A stretch of DNA of 64,000 bases from Pseudobdellovibrionaceae bacterium (GTDB lineage: Bacteria; Bdellovibrionota; Bdellovibrionia; Bdellovibrionales; UBA1609): NCBI GenBank assembly GCA_015163855.1, contig JAAOIK010000038.1, positions 14,775 through 78,774 of the forward strand, in the 5' to 3' direction. This document shows positions 36,847-45,134 of the stretch, piece after piece (positions within the stretch are counted from its first letter, which is position 1; every line of letters starts with the position of its first letter). The notes under the pieces are model-generated. The model ran no database searches, had not been told where the DNA came from, and was given only the letters and a program-made list of their open reading frames with translations. A program made the translations under genes and the position numbers.

Positions 36847-37860
36847 ATGATTGATTTTAATCAATTGCATAAAATAGCTAATGAATTAGAAGAGTTCTCC
36901 TCCAAAGCTTTGAGTAAAACCCCGAGCATTAAACCAAAGGCTATATCGAGTGGAACTTTACTTTATTCTACTACAGAGCCAGAGTTTTCTTTTTCCAATC
37001 AAGAATTTATTCACTTTCCAAAAAATAGTCAAAAAAAGGTTAAAAAAAATTGGCCTTCTTCTCCTTCAGTGGAATTTTTTTCTTCGCCAGGGGTTATTCA
37101 AGCAGAGAAAAAAGAATTAAAGCAAGTGCAGTTAGAGAAGAAACAACCACTCAATACAATAGATTATTCTATTTCTATAGATAATTTAAATGCACATACG
37201 TTATTAAATAGTATGGATAATTTTTCTTCACTAAAAACAGAAGAAGAGGCAGATTCTAAAAAAAATAACAACTTCCATTCAGCCCAAGCTAATACTTTAG
37301 AGTGCAATCAAACTTTAAAAAACATAGGCTTTATATCTATTGAAGATAGACAGGAAGAATATAAAAAAAATAAAAAAGAAACATTAAGCGTACAAAGCCC
37401 TATAAATCAACAATTAAATACTAATAAAATAATACAGCCTCAAGCTTTTACTTATTTATACAACGAAGTAAGTTTTGGTTTTTCTGCATTTATTTTAGAT
37501 TTACTATTTAATTTCTCTGTTTTTGCTTTAATAAATTTTATGTATAAAATGCTTTTTTCAGGAAATTTACTGCAATTTTCTACTTTAAAGTTTCTTTTTA
37601 TTTTTAGTCTTATTTTTCAAGTATCTACCTTTATTCAAAGAGTTATTTTTAAAAAAACCTTTGGTGAATGGTATACAAATGTACAAATAGGTACAGATAA
37701 ACAACAGTTTGATATTTTATACTCTCTTTCTTTGTTTTGGAGGTCATTTATGACTTTATGCACAGGAGTGGTTATATTTCCCGTCTTATCTTTTTTTATC
37801 AATAAAGATTTAATGTACTATTTAACTGATTTACAAACTTTTAAAAAAAATAACAATTAG
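36847..37860 (+). CDS. Hypothetical membrane protein: long polar N-terminal region plus RDD-like polytopic C-terminal domain
   Basis: 337 aa. The first ~210 aa are low-complexity and polar. The C-terminal third has 3-4 hydrophobic helices, and FGEWYTNVQIGTDK resembles the G.T.GK...G..V loop of RDD-family proteins. The family call is tentative. Confidence 0.35.
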   Translation: MIDFNQLHKIANELEEFSSKALSKTPSIKPKAISSGTLLYSTTEPEFSFSNQEFIHFPKNSQKKVKKNWPSSPSVEFFSSPGVIQAEKKELKQVQLEKKQPLNTIDYSISIDNLNAHTLLNSMDNFSSLKTEEEADSKKNNNFHSAQANTLECNQTLKNIGFISIEDRQEEYKKNKKETLSVQSPINQQLNTNKIIQPQAFTYLYNEVSFGFSAFILDLLFNFSVFALINFMYKMLFSGNLLQFSTLKFLFIFSLIFQVSTFIQRVIFKKTFGEWYTNVQIGTDKQQFDILYSLSLFWRSFMTLCTGVVIFPVLSFFINKDLMYYLTDLQTFKKNNN

Positions 37861-37870
37861 GTTTTAATTC

Positions 37871-38557
37871 TTGTCTAATGTTAAGTTAAAAGCCACTACT
37901 GACATTCCCAATCCTAATAAATATATTCAATTATTAGAGGGTAGTTTTAGTAATTATGCTTTTAGTGAAAAAAGAGTAATTGAAAATAAAGGTGTTTGGC
38001 GAAAAAATATTTTTCAAGTAACAGAAAATACTCCTTTAGATTTAGAAATCGGTATTGGTAATGGTTTTCACTTTGCTTATTACGCTAATAAACATTCTAC
38101 TCGTTGTCTTGTGGGATTAGAAATAAAATTTAAACCTTTAATTCAGTCTATTCAAAGAGCATTAAAAAACAATGCTAAAAATATGAGAGTAGCAAGATAT
38201 AATGCCTGTTTTGTAGAAGATTTATTTTCTAATGAAGAGGTTAATAATGTTATTATTCATCACCCAGACCCATGGTTAAAGAAAAAACAGCATAAACATA
38301 GATTAATACAAAAAAATTTTTTAGATAAATTATTTTTGTTACAAAAAAAACAATCTTTTTTAGAGATTAAAACAGACAGTTTAGATTATTTTGAATGGAT
38401 ATATAAAGCTGTTAAAAAAACAAAATATAGTATTGTAGAGATAAGTTATGATTTACACCACTCTCCTTACAAAGAAGACAACTTTACAACATACTTTGAA
38501 ACTATTTTTTTAAAAAAATCTCAAGCTATTTATTGGTTAAAGGCTATTAAATTATAG
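37871..38557 (+). CDS. trmB: tRNA (guanine46-N7)-methyltransferase
   Basis: 228 aa with a TTG start and no in-frame ATG nearby. SAM motif LEIGIGNG, and the TrmB signature HHPDPWLKKKQHKHRL. Confidence 0.85.
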   Translation: MSNVKLKATTDIPNPNKYIQLLEGSFSNYAFSEKRVIENKGVWRKNIFQVTENTPLDLEIGIGNGFHFAYYANKHSTRCLVGLEIKFKPLIQSIQRALKNNAKNMRVARYNACFVEDLFSNEEVNNVIIHHPDPWLKKKQHKHRLIQKNFLDKLFLLQKKQSFLEIKTDSLDYFEWIYKAVKKTKYSIVEISYDLHHSPYKEDNFTTYFETIFLKKSQAIYWLKAIKL

Positions 38558-39409
38558 CTAAAAAATAGGATAATTACCATTAATGTTTAGTAATCTATTT
38601 TTTATTCTATATTGATAATTTAAATATTTAAACCAATGCTCTTTAGCTAACGGATTTAATATACAAAGAATAGAAGAAGACAATGTTAGTGGATAATCTA
38701 TATTTACAGAATAGTATTGTAAATTCCATAATGCTTTTTCTATACTATAAGTATCACAGTACACGGTAGATAGTTTATCACTTTTTTCCGTAGTACTTTC
38801 TGTTAAAAAAAGAAAATTAAAGCTATATAAGAACAAAGACATCAAGCTGCTAAAGGGAGATCGGTAAATGTATTTGCGATCTACATGAATGCCAAAAATC
38901 ACACTAAATAAAGAATCTAACTGATTAGTAATATTTAAAAATATACTGGTAATACAATAAGCAATAGAACTTTTGTAACTACCTTTAGTCTTAATATGAG
39001 ATAAACCTAAAGTTAAGTAAGCTTCTAAAAGGGAAGGGGTAGAATCATTTAAAAGCTTTTCTGATATAAACAATTGTCTATTATTTTTAGAAATAGAATA
39101 AGTAGTTAGTAAGAAAAAATCTACCTGAGAAACATAAATATTTGGAGGAGATATGTTTAACATCTTGCTAATTTTCAGAACTTTTTTTTTAAGGAAAAAA
39201 GGGTCTATTCCTTGAATTAGTGAGGCCTTAAAAATTTTTATAACAGCACTTTTAGAATAAAAATAATAGAAAATAATAAAGGAAAAAATAATAAGAAAAA
39301 AAATAACTATTCCCGTAATAGAGGCGTAGTAAAAAAAGGCTAAGCTGCTTAAAAAATAAGTAACTAAATATAGTCCTTTTTTCAAATAAAATAAAAAATA
39401 ACTTGTCAT
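38558..39409 (-). CDS. Polytopic membrane protein with HtpX/M48-like layout but no HEXXH motif (possible pseudo-peptidase)
   Basis: 283 aa with two N-terminal TM helices. The segment ISPPNIYVSQ...FISEKLL......LEAYLTLGLSHIKTKG aligns by eye with M48 '..P.vyv....NAF....i.vt.gLl.....El.aVlaHElgHi', but GLSHI stands where HEXXH should be. A later E...D...S.EKAL resembles the third-ligand region. I found no HEXXH anywhere in the ORF. Confidence 0.5.
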   Translation of the reverse strand: MTSYFLFYLKKGLYLVTYFLSSLAFFYYASITGIVIFFLIIFSFIIFYYFYSKSAVIKIFKASLIQGIDPFFLKKKVLKISKMLNISPPNIYVSQVDFFLLTTYSISKNNRQLFISEKLLNDSTPSLLEAYLTLGLSHIKTKGSYKSSIAYCITSIFLNITNQLDSLFSVIFGIHVDRKYIYRSPFSSLMSLFLYSFNFLFLTESTTEKSDKLSTVYCDTYSIEKALWNLQYYSVNIDYPLTLSSSILCILNPLAKEHWFKYLNYQYRIKNRLLNINGNYPIF

Positions 39410-39503
39410 AACTATTATAGATTAGATATCATATTTTATAAAAAATGACTAGCGTTATCTGAGTGTTATTGAGAGTAATAAAGAGTAATAAAGAGGGGTT
39501 AGG

Positions 39504-40478
39504 ATGAACAACAACGATGAAAATTGTACCATAAATACAGAGTGGATTCCTGTTTTATTTCAAGAACTATCTAAATTAATTGTTGGGCAAAAAGAAATGC
39601 TAGAAGCTATTTTAATGGGAGTTCTGTCCGAAGGGCATGTGTTAATAGAAGGTCTTCCTGGTTTAGCAAAAACTTTAAGTATTTCTACTTTTTCTAAAAC
39701 TCTATCTTTAGCTTTTCAAAGAATTCAATTTACACCAGATTTATTGCCTTCAGATATTATTGGTACTATGATTTTTAATCCTAACACAGGGGATTTTAAT
39801 GTTAAAAAAGGTCCTGTATTTAGTAATATTGTTTTAGCTGATGAAATTAACAGAGCTTCTGCAAAAGTGCAAAGTGCCTTGCTAGAAGCTATGGCAGAAA
39901 AACAAGTAAGTATTGGTAGCAAAACTTATCCATTAGAAACACCGTTTTTAGTATTAGCTACTCAAAATCCTATTGAGCAAGAAGGAACTTTTGAATTACC
40001 AGAGGCTCAACTAGATCGTTTTTTATTTAAAGTAAAAGTAAATTATCCAAGCAAAGAAGAAGAGTTACAAATTTTAGAAAAAATAAATGATTTTCAAAGC
40101 ATTGATATTCAACCTATTTTAAGTCAACAAAAATTACTAGAAGCAAGAAAACAAGTAAGAGAAATTCATATCGATGAAAATTTAAAAAAATATATTGTAG
40201 ATTTAGTAATGACTACTCGTAGTTTAAAAGAATATGGGTTAAAGAAATTGGAACATTTAGTAAAGGTGGGAGTGTCTCCTCGAGCGACTTTAGGCATAGC
40301 CACAGCAGCTAAGGCACAGGCTTTTTTAAAAGGTCGTAATTATGTAAATTTAGATGATATTAAGGTAGTAGCTTATTTAGTATTAAGGCATAGATTAATT
40401 TTAACCTATGAAGCAGAGGCTGAAAATATAAATACAGATTCTATTATTACAGAAATTTTAGCCAATACAAACATTTAA
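39504..40478 (+). CDS. moxR: MoxR-family AAA+ ATPase
   Basis: 324 aa with Walker A GLPGLAKT, Walker B VLADEINRA, QNPIEQEGT..LPEAQLDRF, and GVSPRA. Confidence 0.92.
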   Translation: MNNNDENCTINTEWIPVLFQELSKLIVGQKEMLEAILMGVLSEGHVLIEGLPGLAKTLSISTFSKTLSLAFQRIQFTPDLLPSDIIGTMIFNPNTGDFNVKKGPVFSNIVLADEINRASAKVQSALLEAMAEKQVSIGSKTYPLETPFLVLATQNPIEQEGTFELPEAQLDRFLFKVKVNYPSKEEELQILEKINDFQSIDIQPILSQQKLLEARKQVREIHIDENLKKYIVDLVMTTRSLKEYGLKKLEHLVKVGVSPRATLGIATAAKAQAFLKGRNYVNLDDIKVVAYLVLRHRLILTYEAEAENINTDSIITEILANTNI

Positions 40479-40494
40479 ATTATAATAAGCATTT

Positions 40495-41382
40495 ATGTTA
40501 TATAAATCACCTATACCTTCTGATGTTTATCGTTATGTTAAGCAATTAGAAATTAAAACTAGAAAACTAGTTCAAGGAAATTTTTCTGGTTTGTACACCT
40601 CCTCTTTAAAAGGTAATGGAATTAACTTTTCTGGATTTCGCGAATATGTTTACGGTGATGATACTCGAAATATTTCTTGGCCACTAACAGCTAGAACAGG
40701 AAAAACCTATTTAAAAGAATTTGAAGAAGAAAGAGAGCTACAAGTTATTTTATTAGTAGATATTAGTTCATCTATGAATTTTGGATCTAATAGTATGAAA
40801 AAAGAAATAAGTGCTTATCTAAGTGCTTTATTAGCATTTACGGCTATAAAAAATAAAGATAAGGTTGGGTTATTACTTTTTTCCGATGAAGTAGAGCATT
40901 TTATAAAACCACAAAAAAACAAACAAACCGTATATGATATTCTTTTTAAAATTTTATCTAATAAAAATATTCAAAAAAAAACTTCATTAAAAAGCAGTGT
41001 AAAATTTTTACAAAATGTTTTAAATAAAAAAGCACATATTTTTATTTTAAGTGATTTTGATTTTTTTTTACAAGAAGAAAAAGTTTTGCAAACATTATCG
41101 TCTAAGCATGAAGTGTTTGCAATACATATTCGAGATCAATGGGAAAGAGAGCTTCCTAACATTAATGCAATATTAAGATTTTCTAATTTAGAGAGTGAAA
41201 CAGATTCGCAAGAAGTAATTTTTGATTGTAGCTCTGTAGAGAGTTGTAAAAAATATAAAGAATTGGTTGCTAAAAAAGAGCTTCTTATTAAAGCACAGTT
41301 AAAAAAAAGCAATATCCCTAAAATATTAGTTGAGTCAGACCAAAAGTGGGCATTGCCTATTATTAATTTTTTTAATCAATAA
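40495..41382 (+). CDS. DUF58 domain protein (MoxR-associated, VWA-like)
   Basis: 295 aa. FREYVYGDDTRNISWPLTARTGK.YLKEFEEERE is the DUF58 signature, followed by a VWA-like LLVDISSSM. It holds the canonical position after moxR. Confidence 0.85.
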   Translation: MLYKSPIPSDVYRYVKQLEIKTRKLVQGNFSGLYTSSLKGNGINFSGFREYVYGDDTRNISWPLTARTGKTYLKEFEEERELQVILLVDISSSMNFGSNSMKKEISAYLSALLAFTAIKNKDKVGLLLFSDEVEHFIKPQKNKQTVYDILFKILSNKNIQKKTSLKSSVKFLQNVLNKKAHIFILSDFDFFLQEEKVLQTLSSKHEVFAIHIRDQWERELPNINAILRFSNLESETDSQEVIFDCSSVESCKKYKELVAKKELLIKAQLKKSNIPKILVESDQKWALPIINFFNQ

Positions 41383-41402
41383 TTTATAATATAGAGCGAA
41401 AT

Positions 41403-42221
41403 ATGATTGCATTACAGTGTTATTTTTTTAAAAAAAAGCAGAATTTAACAGTAGGGGATATTCAAACTGTATTTTGTCCATTAAAGGTAAAAGAAAAAAA
41501 TATTTTAAAAGATAAAAAAGATTTTTTCTTTAATGCGAAATATCCAATACCTTTATTAAATTATCAATTAGTTTTACTTCAAAAACCAATAGTTAAGCAA
41601 GATGTATTATCTTTATCAGTTACCTCTTATATTCCAGGAGTTTTTAAAAATGTAAATCCAATATTAAAATTAGAAAAAAATCAGTTTTTATTATCTGGTT
41701 TAAATTGGAAAGTAAAGAGTGTTTTACAAAAGCAATCTAAAACACAAAGCTACTATGGTCCTATAGTTGAGCCTAATTCGCTAAATGTTTTATATATAAG
41801 TATAGTTTTTTTTAGCTTATTTATATGTTACGGGTTATATTTTTTAGTTAGCAGGTATAAATATAAAAAAATACAGAAACAAGAGATAATTAAGTATAAA
41901 AAAACTATATCTCCATATAACGAATACCATAAATCTATAAGGGCAATGTCTTTAAAATCTGACGATTTTTTTGTTGAATTAAAAAATGCTTTTTATGTTT
42001 TTTTAACACGAACAACAGAAATTCCTTTCTTTCAATATTCTTTAACAAGGCTTAAAAAAGCAATAAAAAGCAACAAACAGCTTTCTTTACAGTTACAAAA
42101 TAATTTACTTTTTTTAGTAGAAGACTTAACTTTGACTTCTAGTAAAATAAATTTAGAAAAAAAACAATCTATATTAAATAAATTAAATAAAATAGTAGAT
42201 CAAATTGAGGAAGTTTTATGA
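41403..42221 (+). CDS. Hypothetical single-pass membrane protein of the Bat operon (possibly DUF4381-like)
   Basis: 272 aa with one central TM (LNVLYISIVFFSLFICYGLYFLV) followed by a basic stretch and a helical tail. It occupies the slot between DUF58 and batA, where Bat operons usually carry a small TM protein. The stop overlaps the batA start (ATGA). Confidence 0.5.
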   Translation: MIALQCYFFKKKQNLTVGDIQTVFCPLKVKEKNILKDKKDFFFNAKYPIPLLNYQLVLLQKPIVKQDVLSLSVTSYIPGVFKNVNPILKLEKNQFLLSGLNWKVKSVLQKQSKTQSYYGPIVEPNSLNVLYISIVFFSLFICYGLYFLVSRYKYKKIQKQEIIKYKKTISPYNEYHKSIRAMSLKSDDFFVELKNAFYVFLTRTTEIPFFQYSLTRLKKAIKSNKQLSLQLQNNLLFLVEDLTLTSSKINLEKKQSILNKLNKIVDQIEEVL

Positions 42222-43219
42222 TTGTTTGGTCACAGCCTTATTTTTTTTACTTTTTAATTATATGGATGCTATTAATTATAATTTCTTATATTTTTAAATT
42301 TAAAACTAGTAAAACAGGATTTTCTAATTTAGATACTTTCAAAAAAATAAAACCTAGTTTAAGGGTAAGGCTGTTATTTTTACCTACATTTTTAAAATAC
42401 GCCGCTTTATTTTTTGTTATTATTTCTTTAGCTCGTCCACAATTAGAAAAAGTAGATAAAAATAGATGGACTAAAGGTTTAGAAATTATTTTAGCTTTAG
42501 ATATTTCGGAATCTATGAATATTCCCGATTTGCAACCTACAAGATTACAGGCTGCAAAAAAGATTTTAAACGATTTTATTCAATGGAGAAAGTCAGATAA
42601 AATGGGCTTATTAGTATTTTCTGGTGCTTCGTATATGCATGTCCCTTTAACTTTAGATCATAAATTACTTTTAGGACAATTAGAAAAAGTAAAAACATTA
42701 AAATATATTAAACAGGGGACAGCTATAGGTGTAGCTTTAGCTAGTGCTATTGATAAATTACGATTACGAAAATTGAAAAGCAAAATTATTATTTTAATTA
42801 CAGATGGAGAAAATAATACAGGAGAAATAAGTCCACTATTGGCTTTACAATTGGCTAAAAAATACAATATTAAAATTTATACTGTAGGCATTGGAAGGCA
42901 AGGCCGAAGTAAAATCCCTATTTCAAGAAAAAATATTTTTGGACAAACAGTAACAAGATATCAGTTTATAGACAGTAAAGTAAATGAAAAATTATTAAAG
43001 CAAATAGCTAAAGAAACAAAGGCAAATTTTTATTTAGCAGAGAGTAATAAAACCTTGTTAAATGTTTTTAAAAATATTTCTCTTTTAGAGACTAGTAAAA
43101 TAAAAAACAATCAATATTTTGAATATAAAGAAAAGTTTTATGATTATTTAATATGGGCTATTATTCTTTATTGTATAGCCTTACTATTAGAATGGGGAGG
43201 GTTAAGAATTTATTCTTAA
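42218..43219 (+). CDS. batA: VWA-domain aerotolerance protein BatA
   Basis: 333 aa with N-terminal TM helices and LARPQ. The VWA MIDAS motif is LALDISESM. It also has ILITDGENN and a C-terminal TM. Confidence 0.8.
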   Translation: MIVWSQPYFFYFLIIWMLLIIISYIFKFKTSKTGFSNLDTFKKIKPSLRVRLLFLPTFLKYAALFFVIISLARPQLEKVDKNRWTKGLEIILALDISESMNIPDLQPTRLQAAKKILNDFIQWRKSDKMGLLVFSGASYMHVPLTLDHKLLLGQLEKVKTLKYIKQGTAIGVALASAIDKLRLRKLKSKIIILITDGENNTGEISPLLALQLAKKYNIKIYTVGIGRQGRSKIPISRKNIFGQTVTRYQFIDSKVNEKLLKQIAKETKANFYLAESNKTLLNVFKNISLLETSKIKNNQYFEYKEKFYDYLIWAIILYCIALLLEWGGLRIYS

Positions 43220-43225
43220 AAAAAT

Positions 43226-44245
43226 ATGTTTAGCTGGGATAATTTTACTGCTTTTTATTTGTTTATTCCTATTTTGATTGTTGGAATATATTTATTTATT
43301 TTTTATCAAAAAAATAAAAAGGCTTTTGAGAAGGAAATGAAACATAATATTTTTTCTTTTCTACAAAAAACAAAACAAAATAAAAATTATTTAAAAATTA
43401 CTTTTCAATGTATAGCTTTATTAAGCTTAATTTTAGCCTATGCAGGGCCACAGCTAAGCAATAAATATAAAACTAATAAACAAAAAGTAACAGAAATTAT
43501 TTTTTTAATAGATGTTTCTACTAGTATGCTAGCAGAAGATTTAGGCATTAGTCGTTTATTGTTTGTTAAAAAAGAAGTTTCTAAGTTTTTAACAAAACTA
43601 GATGGGCAAAGAGTAGGCTTAGTGGTCTTTGCAAAAGATGCAAAAATTATTTCTCCTTTAACTACAGATATAGATAGTTTAAAGCTATATTTAAAATCTT
43701 TAAGTACAAAAAGTGTTCCTAGGCAGGGTACAGAAATTTCTTATGCCTTAAAAATAGCCCAATCCTTATTTTCAGAGTCAAAAAACACAGATAAAGCTAT
43801 TGTTTTAGTTTCTGATGGAGAATTACATGAAAAAGAAATTAAAAAGCAGGCTATTACTTTAAATAAAAAACACTTATGGATTTTTTCTGTAGGAGTGGGA
43901 AGAAATCAGGCAGTGCCTATACCTTTAAAAAATGAAAAAGGCGAAAAAATAGATTATAAAAGAAACTCTAGGGGCGAGTTAGTTTTAACACAGTTTAATA
44001 ACGCAAGTTTAAAAAAGTTATCTAAGTTAGTTAATGGAAAGTATTATCACCTTAGTTTTACTTCTAATAGTTTTGATAATATTTTTATAGATTTAAAAAA
44101 TTTAAAAAGCAAAATAACAAAATTATCGTATCAGCGTATTTATACCCCTTTGTTTTCCTATTTTTTATTCATAGTTTTTATTTTTTTAATTTTGGATATT
44201 ACATTTTCTTGGTTTTTTTTAAAAAAAGGAAAAAGTAATGTATAA
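43226..44245 (+). CDS. batB: VWA-domain aerotolerance protein BatB
   Basis: 339 aa with two N-terminal TMs, a VWA MIDAS motif (FLIDVSTSM), VLVSDGELH, and a C-terminal TM. Confidence 0.8.
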   Translation: MFSWDNFTAFYLFIPILIVGIYLFIFYQKNKKAFEKEMKHNIFSFLQKTKQNKNYLKITFQCIALLSLILAYAGPQLSNKYKTNKQKVTEIIFLIDVSTSMLAEDLGISRLLFVKKEVSKFLTKLDGQRVGLVVFAKDAKIISPLTTDIDSLKLYLKSLSTKSVPRQGTEISYALKIAQSLFSESKNTDKAIVLVSDGELHEKEIKKQAITLNKKHLWIFSVGVGRNQAVPIPLKNEKGEKIDYKRNSRGELVLTQFNNASLKKLSKLVNGKYYHLSFTSNSFDNIFIDLKNLKSKITKLSYQRIYTPLFSYFLFIVFIFLILDITFSWFFLKKGKSNV

Positions 44246-45134
44246 GCTTATTTTTTTAACAGTATTATTAAGTTCTTGTGATTTTTTCTCTAAAAAATAT
44301 AATCATTTTTATCCTAATGATACTAAAAAAATATTAATCAACCTGCAAAACAAGCAATTAAGTAAGGCTAAAAAAAATGTTATAAGGGCTTATGCAAAAA
44401 AGCCACTATCTTTAATTTCTTACTTTAACTTAGCTTATATTTTATCTCAAGATAGCAGCATGCAAACCTCTAAAAACAGTAGTATACAAGTTTCTCAAGA
44501 TAGCAGCATGCAAACCTTTAAAGAGGAGGAGAACAACCCATTTAATTTATCATCATCCATTTATAAATACATTTTAAGACAAGCAGAAGGAAATAGGAAG
44601 GTTGCTTCATCAATTCTTTTTTTTAGTTTTTTTAATTTAGCTATTTTACATCAAAAGCATAATTATTTTAATAAAGCATTATATTTTTATCAAAAAGCCT
44701 TAGAGGTAAAAAATATAGATTCTGATAAAAAAAAGCAAGTAAAAGTAAATATAGAATTATTTTTTAAAAACAAAAACAAAGAGAAAAAGGGAAACAAAGA
44801 GAAAAACAAAGAGAAAGAGAAAAAAGGCAAAGATAAAAACAATAAAAATTCAAAAAACACAAATAAAAAGCAATCTCAGCAAAAAAAACCAAAACCTTCT
44901 TCTGACCCCAAAGATAAAAATAAACAAGATAATAAAAAGCAAGAACAAATAAAAAAAGACACCTCAAAAAAAGACACCTCTTCTAAAAATTTAAAAAATA
45001 AAAATAAATCCGATTTAAGCGAACAAAAAATAGAACAAATTTTAAAAAATATTCGTTTACAAGAGCAACATGTGTATGAAAAAATGCAAAATAAGAATCA
45101 AAAAAAAGGAGGCTTCAGTGAAAAAGATTGGTAA
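44238..45134 (+). CDS. batC: TPR-like BatC-position protein with a lysine-rich tail
   Basis: 298 aa with a lipoprotein-like N-terminus (LTVLLSSC). It has a TPR-like helical segment (FFNLAILHQKHNYFNKALYFYQKALEV) and then about 100 aa of K/N/E/Q-rich low complexity. The position between batB and batD matches BatC. Confidence 0.6.
   Translation: MYKLIFLTVLLSSCDFFSKKYNHFYPNDTKKILINLQNKQLSKAKKNVIRAYAKKPLSLISYFNLAYILSQDSSMQTSKNSSIQVSQDSSMQTFKEEENNPFNLSSSIYKYILRQAEGNRKVASSILFFSFFNLAILHQKHNYFNKALYFYQKALEVKNIDSDKKKQVKVNIELFFKNKNKEKKGNKEKNKEKEKKGKDKNNKNSKNTNKKQSQQKKPKPSSDPKDKNKQDNKKQEQIKKDTSKKDTSSKNLKNKNKSDLSEQKIEQILKNIRLQEQHVYEKMQNKNQKKGGFSEKDW
44445..44517 (+). repeat. In-frame 48-nt-period direct repeat inside batC
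   Basis: The 25-nt string TCTCAAGATAGCAGCATGCAAACCT occurs identically at 44445-44469 and 44493-44517. It encodes SQDSSMQT twice. Confidence 0.9.
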
